Shown: one piece after another, positions 39,401 to 45,741 of the stretch | Numbering within the stretch: the stretch's first letter is position 1 | Layout of the letters: the number at the start of each line of letters is the position of its first letter | Assembly: GCA_043749835.1 (NCBI GenBank) | Contig: JAYVCU010000234.1 | Coordinates: 1-45,741 of the forward strand | DNA: 45,741 nucleotides | Direction of reading: 5' to 3' | From: Hyphomicrobiales bacterium | Lineage (GTDB): Bacteria; Pseudomonadota; Alphaproteobacteria; Rhizobiales; Aestuariivirgaceae | Position numbers and translations under genes: made by a program | Notes under the pieces: model-generated | What the model was told of the DNA's origin: nothing | The model's input: only the letters and a program-made list of their open reading frames with translations | The model's database searches: none

Positions 39401-39474
39401 GCCGCAAGGTAATGAAGGCCAAAATCACCGATAGCGTTTTCTATGATAAAGACGGAGGGCGCATTCATGGTTGA
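36454..39474 (+). CDS. soxA: Sarcosine oxidase subunit alpha
   Basis: GRSFKYHRPRG, VEHTKRYTT.GMATDQGKTSN motifs and a GcvT-like C-terminus. Confidence 0.97.
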   Translation: MTGKPYRLAEGGSRIDRNSRVTFSFDGRDVQSFAGDTVASAVLASGQKLFGRSFKYHRPRGVVGLGSEEMNALIGVGADARHEPNLRATQVEVFGGMVAESQNRWPSLSFDIGSINSKLSRFIPGGFYYKTFKWPQSFWKHVYEPVIRRAAGLGRAATGRDPDTYEHMHLHCDVLVAGGGLAGILAADAAAKAGARVVLVDENPALGGVADLIAGAVNGQCIADWLASVTENLGAMSNLLILNRTTVVGHYHHNYLMAHERVGEHDPAQLVAGAPRQRLWKIRAKQVIMATGALERPITFANNDRPNIMLASAVRGLVGRYGVAPGTKGIVFTNNDDAYLTAFALKKAGIGVQVVDSRARPDGDLVRRAQNDGIPVSLSSVISAVEGTLGVKAVKIAAYRKGQGRVITERKVECDFIAMSGGWNPVLHLWAHNGGKIKFDDALQSFRPDTHRDAITAIGAANGTMSVADTIAEAQAAGELVAKTVLKKARAVKMTKIEVNEPKRAALESLWFSPATGLYNEGNKHFVDFQNDVTAADLELAQREGYESVEHTKRYTTFGMATDQGKTSNLNGLGVLAEATGKTIPEIGVTTFRPPYTPYSFGAIAGALTHELFLPVRRTAAFQWHINKGATWEPVGQWRRAYTYTGVGEDQHQAITREILSVRNKVGLLDASTLGKIEIKGPDAAEFLDRVYTNIFSTLKVGRCRYGLMMNELGFLTDDGVTVRLGEDHFLMHTTSGGADRIAAWLEEWLQTEWMQYKVFVTPVTEQWAQFALAGPRARDVLAKLEPDFDISSEAFPHMSFKTGKLGGFPVRIYRISFSGELSYEIATPAGFGHSLWKSIMEAGEEFGIEPYGTEALHVLRAEKGYIVIGDETDGTTTPDDVGMAGMVSKKKTDFLGKRSLQQVDMKREGRKQLVGLLTEEPQDVLPDGAQAVAQMNDRPPMKMIGHVTSSYLSPTLGRSIAMGLIENGRARMGETISFPLEGRKVMKAKITDSVFYDKDGGRIHG

Positions 39475-40093
39475 GCCAGAGTTTGAAAGTGCTCTTGGCC
39501 AACACGCTGAGCCAACGCATACTTACGTGGGCTTACGTGAAATCACGACGCGCGGCATGATTGATTTGCGCGGCCTGACCACAGACCGCAAATTCATGAG
39601 TGCCGTAAAAGACGTTCTTGGTTTTGAACTGCCGAAACAACCGCGAAACTCCACTGCGTTTGGCGATGTAAAGGCGATGTGGCTTTCGCCTGATCAATGG
39701 CTGATCCTGTGCGCGCGTAACAAAGCTACCGGGTTGGCTTTAGAGTTAACAAACGCTGTTTTGCAATCCCACGCTCTTGTAGTCGATGTTTGCGATATGC
39801 GCAGTATCATCAGGCTTGAGGGTGACCGCGCCAAAGAAGTGATGATGAAAGCTTGCTCGCTTGATTTCGGGCATGGTGAATTCACCCCGGGCTATGTGCG
39901 CCGTGTACGCTTTGTTGAAATTGCCGCGCTGTTTAATATCGTGGATGAAAAAACTATCGATCTTTACGTTTTCCGCTCGTATGCTCAGTTTGCCTGGGAC
40001 TTTCTTTTGAAAGCGGCGCGCAAAGGCAGCGAAGTTCAGGCATTCAGTGCATCGCGCCAGGCAAAAAGTTTGTCGAAACCGCCAAACGGATAA
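39467..40093 (+). CDS. soxG: Sarcosine oxidase subunit gamma
   Basis: WLSPDQWL, VVDV and VFRSYA motifs; position after soxA. Confidence 0.92.
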   Translation: MVEPEFESALGQHAEPTHTYVGLREITTRGMIDLRGLTTDRKFMSAVKDVLGFELPKQPRNSTAFGDVKAMWLSPDQWLILCARNKATGLALELTNAVLQSHALVVDVCDMRSIIRLEGDRAKEVMMKACSLDFGHGEFTPGYVRRVRFVEIAALFNIVDEKTIDLYVFRSYAQFAWDFLLKAARKGSEVQAFSASRQAKSLSKPPNG

Positions 40094-40908
40094 AGATGTG
40101 GGCCTGCAATTTTAAGTTCAGGCTTTTCAAAATGGAGCTTGGCCAGTTGTTCGACAAATTCCGTTGGCTCTGAAACCGCTAATAGTTTGCTAATGTTCAG
40201 TGCCTGTTTGCGAATGAAGCGCGCCGAATGGCCGACGCCGCAGAGGGCAGCATAGCGCACCAACGTCTTGATCGACGCTGGCCCGGGAATGCCCACATGC
40301 AAAGGCAAATCAATTCCTGCTTCGCGCAGTCCCCTGGCCCAAAAAGCCAGGGGTTCTGCATCAAATAAAAATTGCGTAGCGATGAAGCCATCAATGTTTT
40401 TTTCGTTCAACCACGATTGCTTTTCTTTCAACGCCAGAAGCAAGGCGGCCTCGCCATGCACTTTGGTAATGTCTGGGTTGCCCTCGGGGTGACCGGCAAT
40501 GCCAATGCGTGTTATGCCGTGGGCTTCGAATAAACCCGTTTTCATCAATTGGATCGCCGCATCAAATTTGCCAATAGGCTGGCTTGCACCGCCGCCCAAG
40601 GCCAGAACTTGCGTCACGCCAGATTTTGAAAAAGCCGCCAGCCGTTTTTTCAAATCATCTTCGTCACGCACAAAGCGCGCAGGAATATGCGGGATAGCGT
40701 GAAAACCTGACTGTTGAAGTGCTCTGGCAAGGTTGATCTGGCCGTCAACGTCACCTGGGTCAAGCAGTGCAATAAATACCTGTGAACCTTTTACCAGGTG
40801 CTGCTGCAGTATGGCCATCTTGTCGATTTGCTTTGCCGTAACCTCAACCGAAGCAAGGTTCACAAACGCAGCAGTTTTTTTTATAGTTTCGGGGCTTACG
40901 TGCAACAT
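40036..40908 (-). CDS. Methylenetetrahydrofolate reductase-like protein
   Basis: PHIPAR, IAGHPEG, TQFLFD, GIPGPA and HLYPFGG motifs. Confidence 0.85.
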   Translation of the reverse strand: MLHVSPETIKKTAAFVNLASVEVTAKQIDKMAILQQHLVKGSQVFIALLDPGDVDGQINLARALQQSGFHAIPHIPARFVRDEDDLKKRLAAFSKSGVTQVLALGGGASQPIGKFDAAIQLMKTGLFEAHGITRIGIAGHPEGNPDITKVHGEAALLLALKEKQSWLNEKNIDGFIATQFLFDAEPLAFWARGLREAGIDLPLHVGIPGPASIKTLVRYAALCGVGHSARFIRKQALNISKLLAVSEPTEFVEQLAKLHFEKPELKIAGPHLYPFGGFDKLFAWRDALNA

Positions 40909-40952
40909 GGTGTCACGATGCCAAGCAACGGCACAGGAGGGCCGCCGCTTTG

Positions 40953-40977
40953 CGACCCGCCGTGTTGATTACCGACA
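40953..40977 (-). promoter_or_regulatory. TGTCG/GGTCG direct repeat upstream of the MetF-like gene
   Basis: Minus strand TGTCG-N15-GGTCG, same period and nearly the same distance to the start codon as the soxB repeat. Confidence 0.5.
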
Positions 40978-41070
40978 TATATGTCCCTCAACTGTCGTTT
41001 TGGTGCCAGACGAGGACGGTCTTGCGTTAGGCGTCGGGTTTAGCGCATGGTGTCGCTTAAGGAGACTTAG

Positions 41071-42051
41071 ATGTTTGGCGATAAACCTTCAACGACGCCG
41101 CAAACCATCGCTTTGGTTTTGGTAGCAGAATTCACCATGATGCCTGTTACATCTGCCATTGAGCCGTTGCGCATTGCCAACCGCCTATCGGAGCAAAATC
41201 TCTATCGGTGGACTTTACATTCATTAAATGGCCAACCCGTTGCTGCATCGAATGGCATACTTACGATGGTGAATGGTGATCTTGAAACCGTCGTCCCAGA
41301 AGCCAGCATCATCGTATGCGGCGGGCTAAGCATTCAGCGCAATACCGATAAACGCATGCTCAGCTGGCTGCGCAAAGTGGCCAGGCGCGGTGCACAGATT
41401 GGTGCTGTTTGTACAGGCGCGCATATTTTAGCCGAAGCCGGATTATTAGATGGTTATCGCTGCACCATCCACTGGGAAAATTTGCCGGGCTTTTCGGAGG
41501 CGTTTCCAGATTTGAAAGCAACCGGAGGGCTTTTTGAAATTGACGGTGATCGCTTCACCAGCGCTGGCGGCACCACGGCCATTGATATGATGCTGACTAT
41601 GATTGCCAGCCAACATGGACCGGATTTGGCTTCGGCCGTGGCTGAGGCGATATTACATTCGCCTATCCGTCATCATAGCGAAAACCAGCGTATGTCGCTG
41701 CCAGCGCGCATTGGTGCACGGCATCCGAAGCTGGTTTCTATAATTGAAAAGATGGAAGATAATTTGGAAGATCCACTGTCGCCAAGTTTGCTTGCAAAAC
41801 AAGCTTCACTTTCAACACGCCAATTAGAGCGCTTGTTCAGGCGTTATCTTGATCGTTCGCCTAAGCGTTATTATCTGGAGTTGCGTCTTAAAAAATCGCG
41901 CTCATTACTTTTGCAAACTGATATGTCTGTAATCAATGTGGCGCTGGCTTGTGGTTTTTCATCGCCATCGCATTTTTCGAAATGCTACCGCGGCTATTAT
42001 GGCCGAACTCCTTACCGTGAGCGTGGGTTACCCATACAGGCTGTTGCATAA
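41071..42051 (+). CDS. GlxA-family (GbdR/SouR-like) AraC regulator
   Basis: DJ-1-like domain (IEPLRIANR, CTG, TIHWEN, SAGG) plus double HTH (RQLERLF, ACGFSSPSHFSKCYR). Confidence 0.93.
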   Translation: MFGDKPSTTPQTIALVLVAEFTMMPVTSAIEPLRIANRLSEQNLYRWTLHSLNGQPVAASNGILTMVNGDLETVVPEASIIVCGGLSIQRNTDKRMLSWLRKVARRGAQIGAVCTGAHILAEAGLLDGYRCTIHWENLPGFSEAFPDLKATGGLFEIDGDRFTSAGGTTAIDMMLTMIASQHGPDLASAVAEAILHSPIRHHSENQRMSLPARIGARHPKLVSIIEKMEDNLEDPLSPSLLAKQASLSTRQLERLFRRYLDRSPKRYYLELRLKKSRSLLLQTDMSVINVALACGFSSPSHFSKCYRGYYGRTPYRERGLPIQAVA

Positions 42052-42165
42052 TTTGGGGAGCGAACCACAAAGGTTCGCTCCCCCGGCCTGCGTCCTCTGC
42101 GACTGGGGGCAGCAACAGAAAAGCGGCCGATTCAACTATACAAACTTTAGTTGTAAATGCTTTGT
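42052..42165 (-). ncRNA. Candidate small RNA with a C-rich loop
   Basis: CTTGAC-N18-CTTTAT promoter (42200-42171), two hairpins (one with a CCCCC loop) and a 12-bp terminal hairpin. Confidence 0.5.
42055..42083. terminator. Strong hairpin/terminator
   Basis: GGGGAGCGAACC-ACAAA-GGTTCGCTCCCC perfect 12-bp stem immediately after the regulator stop. Confidence 0.75.
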
Positions 42166-42327
42166 GGGGAATAAAGCCTCCAAATATCCTGTCGGTCAAG
42201 GATTTTATTATCATACAAAATAATGTTCTGTCTGTGTAAATTGCAGATGGATTCAATATGCTGAAATCAACAACCACAACACACAGTGTTATCCGTCACT
42301 CTATCCACGATTGCCAGCTTCAAAATT

Positions 42328-43704
42328 TCAGATCAACATCGGCAGCCTTAAGTTGGCGCGCAATCCGCCTAGGCTTGCATTACCCAAAGTCAGGTTGCCC
42401 CCATACATACTTGCTGTTTCTGAAATTATTGACATTCCAAGGCCTGAACCAGGCTTGCTTTCATCAAGACGCCTGCCCCGCTGCAATGCTGTCTGGCGTT
42501 CGTCTTGTGGAATGCCAACTCCATCGTCATCAACTACGATCATCAACCATGCGCGGGCTTCATTGGGCATTGCGCTTGCAACATAGGTCTGCACCAGCAC
42601 TTGAGATTTGGCCCACTTGCAAGCATTGTCCATCAGGTTGCCCACCATTTCCTCCAGATCTTGCTTTTCGCCGCGAAAGCGCAAACCGGGATGAGCATCA
42701 ACACTAATCGTAAGGCGGCGGTCTACATTAATGCGCTGAAGTGTACGGGCTAAAGCTTGAAGCACCGGTTCAACTTCAGTGGCGGCACCTATGTTTTGTG
42801 CCCGTGCTGCACGCCGCGCGCGGTCAAGATAAAGGTTTACTTGATCACGCATCACGTCAATTTGTTCGGAAACCTTGACGGCCAGTGGCGTTTTGTTATC
42901 ACGCGCTTCATTGGTAATCACGCTGATGGGTGTTTTCAACGCATGGGCAAGGTTGCCCACTTGCATGCGAGAGCGTTCAACAATTTCAAGATTAGATTGC
43001 ACAACAAGGTTGAGTTCATCAGCCACAGGCTGAAGTTCGCGTGGAAAATTATCTGGCAAAAATTCTCCGCGGCCGGAGCGGATGTCATTTAGCTGATGCT
43101 GCATTTCGGTCAGTGGCTGCAATGTAAAGCGCACTTGAAACAAAAGTCCCGCCAGGAGTGTCAGGCCCAACGCCGCTAGGACGGAGAGCAGCGTGCGTTG
43201 AAAACTGGAAACTTCAGTTTTGAGTTCATCAAAATTTCCGCTCACAACAAAAGCATAGGTTTTGCCGTCGTTAAAAAGCTTCACATCCTGCTCTATGGCA
43301 CGCAAGTTTTTACCTTGTGGGTCAGGCATGGAAAAACCAGCAACCCCGTCTTTGTCACGCACCGTCAATGCATCTTTCGGCACAACTAGTTGTTGTTCTA
43401 ACAGAGACGTAGACGAAAGTATTTTACCCGCCTCACCTGAACTTGAAATTTGCCAATACCATCCGGAAAGCGGCAATGAAAACCGAGTGTCTGTCAATGG
43501 GTTTTGGACTTGCGGCTTGCCATCAGCGCCCAGTTCCACATTGGCCAAAACACCATCAAGGGCTGCCCGGAGGCGCTGATCAAAATTGCGCTGCAAAGCG
43601 GAAACGAAAATAGCATTCAGCAGAACAGCGGCACTTAAAAGCAACACAACGGCGATAACACTGGATGAAGCAATCAGCCGAAACCAGAGCGAATTAGCCC
43701 GCAT
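42328..43704 (-). CDS. Sensor histidine kinase, FeuQ/PhoQ-like
   Basis: SGWYWQI, GNLAHALKTP, GNLMDNACKWA and GSGLG motifs. Confidence 0.88.
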   Translation of the reverse strand: MRANSLWFRLIASSSVIAVVLLLSAAVLLNAIFVSALQRNFDQRLRAALDGVLANVELGADGKPQVQNPLTDTRFSLPLSGWYWQISSSGEAGKILSSTSLLEQQLVVPKDALTVRDKDGVAGFSMPDPQGKNLRAIEQDVKLFNDGKTYAFVVSGNFDELKTEVSSFQRTLLSVLAALGLTLLAGLLFQVRFTLQPLTEMQHQLNDIRSGRGEFLPDNFPRELQPVADELNLVVQSNLEIVERSRMQVGNLAHALKTPISVITNEARDNKTPLAVKVSEQIDVMRDQVNLYLDRARRAARAQNIGAATEVEPVLQALARTLQRINVDRRLTISVDAHPGLRFRGEKQDLEEMVGNLMDNACKWAKSQVLVQTYVASAMPNEARAWLMIVVDDDGVGIPQDERQTALQRGRRLDESKPGSGLGMSIISETASMYGGNLTLGNASLGGLRANLRLPMLI

Positions 43705-44365
43705 GCCCGGTTTCACTTATCGTATAACCCATGCCGCGAATGGTTTGCAGCACCTCCACGCCCAGTTTCTTGCGCAAGCGGCCCACAAAAACTTCAATGG
43801 TGTTGGAGTCACGGTCAAAATCTTGATCATAGAGATGTTCAACCAGCTCGGTGCGTGAAACAACTTTGCCGGAATGCAACATGAGGTAAGACAAAAGTCT
43901 GAACTCAAGCGATGTGAGTTTTATGGCTTTGCCATCAACAGTCACTTTGGCATTAGCAGAATCCAGCGTCACTGGACCACACGCCAATTCGCTTGACGCG
44001 TGGCCTGCAGCGCGGCGCACAAGTGCACGCAACCGCGCTAGAATTTCTTCCATATGGAAAGGTTTAGTTACGTAATCGTCGGCTCCGGCATCAAAGCCTG
44101 CCACCTTGTCGCTCCACCGGTCCCGCGCTGTTAAAATTAATACCGGGGTTTTCTTGCCCGCACGGCGCCATTTGGAAAGCACACTCACGCCATCAAGAAC
44201 GGGCAAGCCCAGATCAAGAACGATGGCGTCATAGGGTTCAGTGTCGCCTAGAAAGTGGCCTTCTTCACCATCGAAGGCCTTGTCCACAACATAGCCGTTC
44301 TGCCGTAGGCTTTCTACGAGTTGGCGGTTCAAGTCTTTGTCGTCTTCCACCACAAGTATGCGCAT
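43694..44365 (-). CDS. OmpR-family response regulator, FeuP/PhoP-like
   Basis: EEGHFLGDTEPYD, LTARDRWSDKV and YDQDFDRDSNTIEVF motifs. Confidence 0.9.
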   Translation of the reverse strand: MRILVVEDDKDLNRQLVESLRQNGYVVDKAFDGEEGHFLGDTEPYDAIVLDLGLPVLDGVSVLSKWRRAGKKTPVLILTARDRWSDKVAGFDAGADDYVTKPFHMEEILARLRALVRRAAGHASSELACGPVTLDSANAKVTVDGKAIKLTSLEFRLLSYLMLHSGKVVSRTELVEHLYDQDFDRDSNTIEVFVGRLRKKLGVEVLQTIRGMGYTISETGHAG

Positions 44366-44399
44366 TTTGCCCCTCAAAGCTTAAGGCAGCGCTAGCACT

Positions 44400-44714
44400 C
44401 TAGCCCAGGCGTCCGCTTGTCGCGTCCACCAAGACCTTCTGCACACTGCCCCCAGTCTTTAAGGTTACAGCATATTCTCCACTGGGCAAGAGCCTCACGC
44501 CAAGCACAATAGAACCCGGATAAGCATCTTGCGCAATCAAAGCCGCTTGCGACGGTTTAATCGGCCAATTTGCCACTTCGTCAGTAACATTTAAAAGCTT
44601 GGACACAAACGTTTTAGCTACACCCATCTGAGATAAAGTTACAGCTTGAGCCTGTGCCAGTGGCGTGGCATTCAGCGCCCAGATCAGAAATAGACATTTA
44701 AAAATAGTTTTCAC
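44400..44714 (-). CDS. Secreted PepSY-like protein (FeuN-like)
   Basis: Signal peptide and C-terminal VLVDATSG; lies just upstream of the regulator. Confidence 0.7.
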   Translation of the reverse strand: MKTIFKCLFLIWALNATPLAQAQAVTLSQMGVAKTFVSKLLNVTDEVANWPIKPSQAALIAQDAYPGSIVLGVRLLPSGEYAVTLKTGGSVQKVLVDATSGRLG

Positions 44715-44758
44715 AATAGTATTCCCTGGATCTCACCAAGCTCATAGGTGACCCAAGC

Positions 44759-44774
44759 TGAACGGGGGATGAAC
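44759..44774 (-). promoter_or_regulatory. Direct repeat, candidate autoregulatory FeuP/PhoP-type box
   Basis: GTTCA-N6-GTTCA on the minus strand, 45 bp upstream of the PepSY-like gene. Confidence 0.6.
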
Positions 44775-44776
44775 GA

Positions 44777-44992
44777 TCATCTCCTGACCTCGCAATAGGC
44801 CTTGCGTCTGATATTGTTCAAGCGGATGTCGGAAACCGTGGTGAGCGTATCATGGTGGCTAGAGCAGGATATGGGCCGCCAAACGATACAAACAAGCGGC
44901 TCAAACGGCGCTGTCGCGGTCAAGCGGGTCTGGCCGGATTGGCAACCCGCCAAGCTCAGCGTGACCAACAGCACGAATGCGGTTTTCTTCAT
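44777..44992 (-). CDS. Rz1-like outer-membrane spanin lipoprotein
   Basis: MKK start, hydrophobic stretch, LAGC lipobox, additional Cys residues; begins inside the upstream gene in another frame. Confidence 0.75.
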   Translation of the reverse strand: MKKTAFVLLVTLSLAGCQSGQTRLTATAPFEPLVCIVWRPISCSSHHDTLTTVSDIRLNNIRRKAYCEVRR

Positions 44993-45119
44993 TTTGTAAA
45001 TCCAGTTCGCGCTGCAGGGCAGCACCGATATCGCGTTCCTGCGCCCGTTCATGGCTCGAGGCTCGACTTTGAAATAACTTGGTTAGACTCGCGAAAATTT
45101 CCAGAATTAGCCACAACAT
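44901..45119 (-). CDS. Rz-like inner-membrane spanin
   Basis: Short hydrophobic N-terminus and helical charged body; located between the holin and the lipoprotein. Confidence 0.6.
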   Translation of the reverse strand: MLWLILEIFASLTKLFQSRASSHERAQERDIGAALQRELDLQNEENRIRAVGHAELGGLPIRPDPLDRDSAV

Positions 45120-45121
45120 GG

Positions 45122-45316
45122 CTACCTGATCATCCTGCCGGTTTTGTTGGTATGAACAGACCAAACAGCCGTGAGTAAGGCAATGAAGCCGGTGGCCACA
45201 GCGGCATAGTCGCCCGTAGGTAAAATGCCTTTGCCCACCAGGTAAGCGATAGTCGAAGGGAAAATAGCACGGACAATGCCGCCAATCATATCAGAGTTCA
45301 TCAAGTCACCTGTCAT
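45122..45316 (-). CDS. Putative phage holin
   Basis: 64-aa protein with two hydrophobic segments and a basic C-tail; two possible starts (45316, 45301); follows the endolysin. Confidence 0.7.
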   Translation of the reverse strand: MTGDLMNSDMIGGIVRAIFPSTIAYLVGKGILPTGDYAAVATGFIALLTAVWSVHTNKTGRMIR

Positions 45317-45350
45317 GTTGTGATGGGCCGGAATCCGTCCGGCGCGGTTG

Positions 45351-45741
45351 TTAAAAATGTGCGGCCTGAAAGTGCATCCGGTCGCGCGCTAAATTTACCC
45401 AACCCTCGTCGGCGAAAGCCTTCAACACTTCGCTGCAAAATCTGGACGCGGTTCGCCCCATTGGAAAACGTTGCGGTGCCAAATCGATGGCGCACCCATA
45501 AGCATGCATCGATAAATGGTTTGAGCCGCGCATCAGCCTGAAATTAAATGAACCGCCAAATTCAGAGGCGCCCCAGGCATTAACTTTCTTTTGGCTGTCG
45601 CCCGATGCCGTCCAAATCGATTGCAACACGCGCAACAAGCTGGCGGCACATTTGCGGTGGATCATGATGTGTGCAACTGGTGTGCCTACAAAATGCATGG
45701 CAAAGGGCGGTATTACTTGCGTGAGGTTCTGCGCCTTCCAC
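45351..45741 (-). CDS. M15-family peptidase endolysin (5' end beyond window)
   Basis: GGSFNFR..R, SMHAYGCAIDL (SxHxxGxAxD) and DRMHFQ motifs; frame is open to the window edge. Confidence 0.88.
   Translation of the reverse strand, partial: WKAQNLTQVIPPFAMHFVGTPVAHIMIHRKCAASLLRVLQSIWTASGDSQKKVNAWGASEFGGSFNFRLMRGSNHLSMHAYGCAIDLAPQRFPMGRTASRFCSEVLKAFADEGWVNLARDRMHFQAAHF

Noticed and set aside
40036-40093. 58-bp convergent overlap of soxG and the MetF-like gene
   Set aside because: The low-information soxG tail suggests simple stop-codon drift; no evidence of function.
1-45741. CRISPR array, tRNA/rRNA genes, IS transposase or integrase
   Set aside because: No regularly spaced repeats, cloverleaf/T-loop signatures or recombinase motifs were seen by eye; a tool-based scan was not possible.

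Overview
Chromosomal segment of an alphaproteobacterium, most likely Hyphomicrobiales/Rhizobiales (inferred from gene content and order), roughly 50% GC by eye. Core and metabolic genes: a LacI-regulated sugar-acid catabolism unit, a WcaJ-like priming transferase, nadE, gltX, HU, a dimethylglycine-dehydrogenase-like GcvT protein, glycerate kinase, pepN, a PleC-like kinase, an ECF sigma/anti-sigma unit, degP with a two-component pair, a lone ccmE, sarcosine oxidase soxBDAG with a MetF-like gene and a GlxA/GbdR-type regulator, and a FeuNPQ-like system. An integrase-free accessory hotspot surrounds gltX (about 7440-15640): a disrupted HEPN-like gene, a RelE/HigA-type TA pair with a frameshifted toxin, a Type IIG restriction-modification gene with an AT-rich specificity segment, and HicAB. 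The window ends in a phage-type lysis cassette (M15 endolysin, holin, Rz/Rz1 spanins). The most striking unexplained element is an apparently non-coding stretch of about 375 nt (13042-13415). It lies behind a sigma70-like promoter and folds by inspection into a nested multi-domain RNA with G-U pairs on the + strand, and it matches no housekeeping RNA I recognise. A second, smaller candidate sRNA lies at about 42052-42165 (-). All calls come from reading motifs by eye; no searches or folding programs were run.
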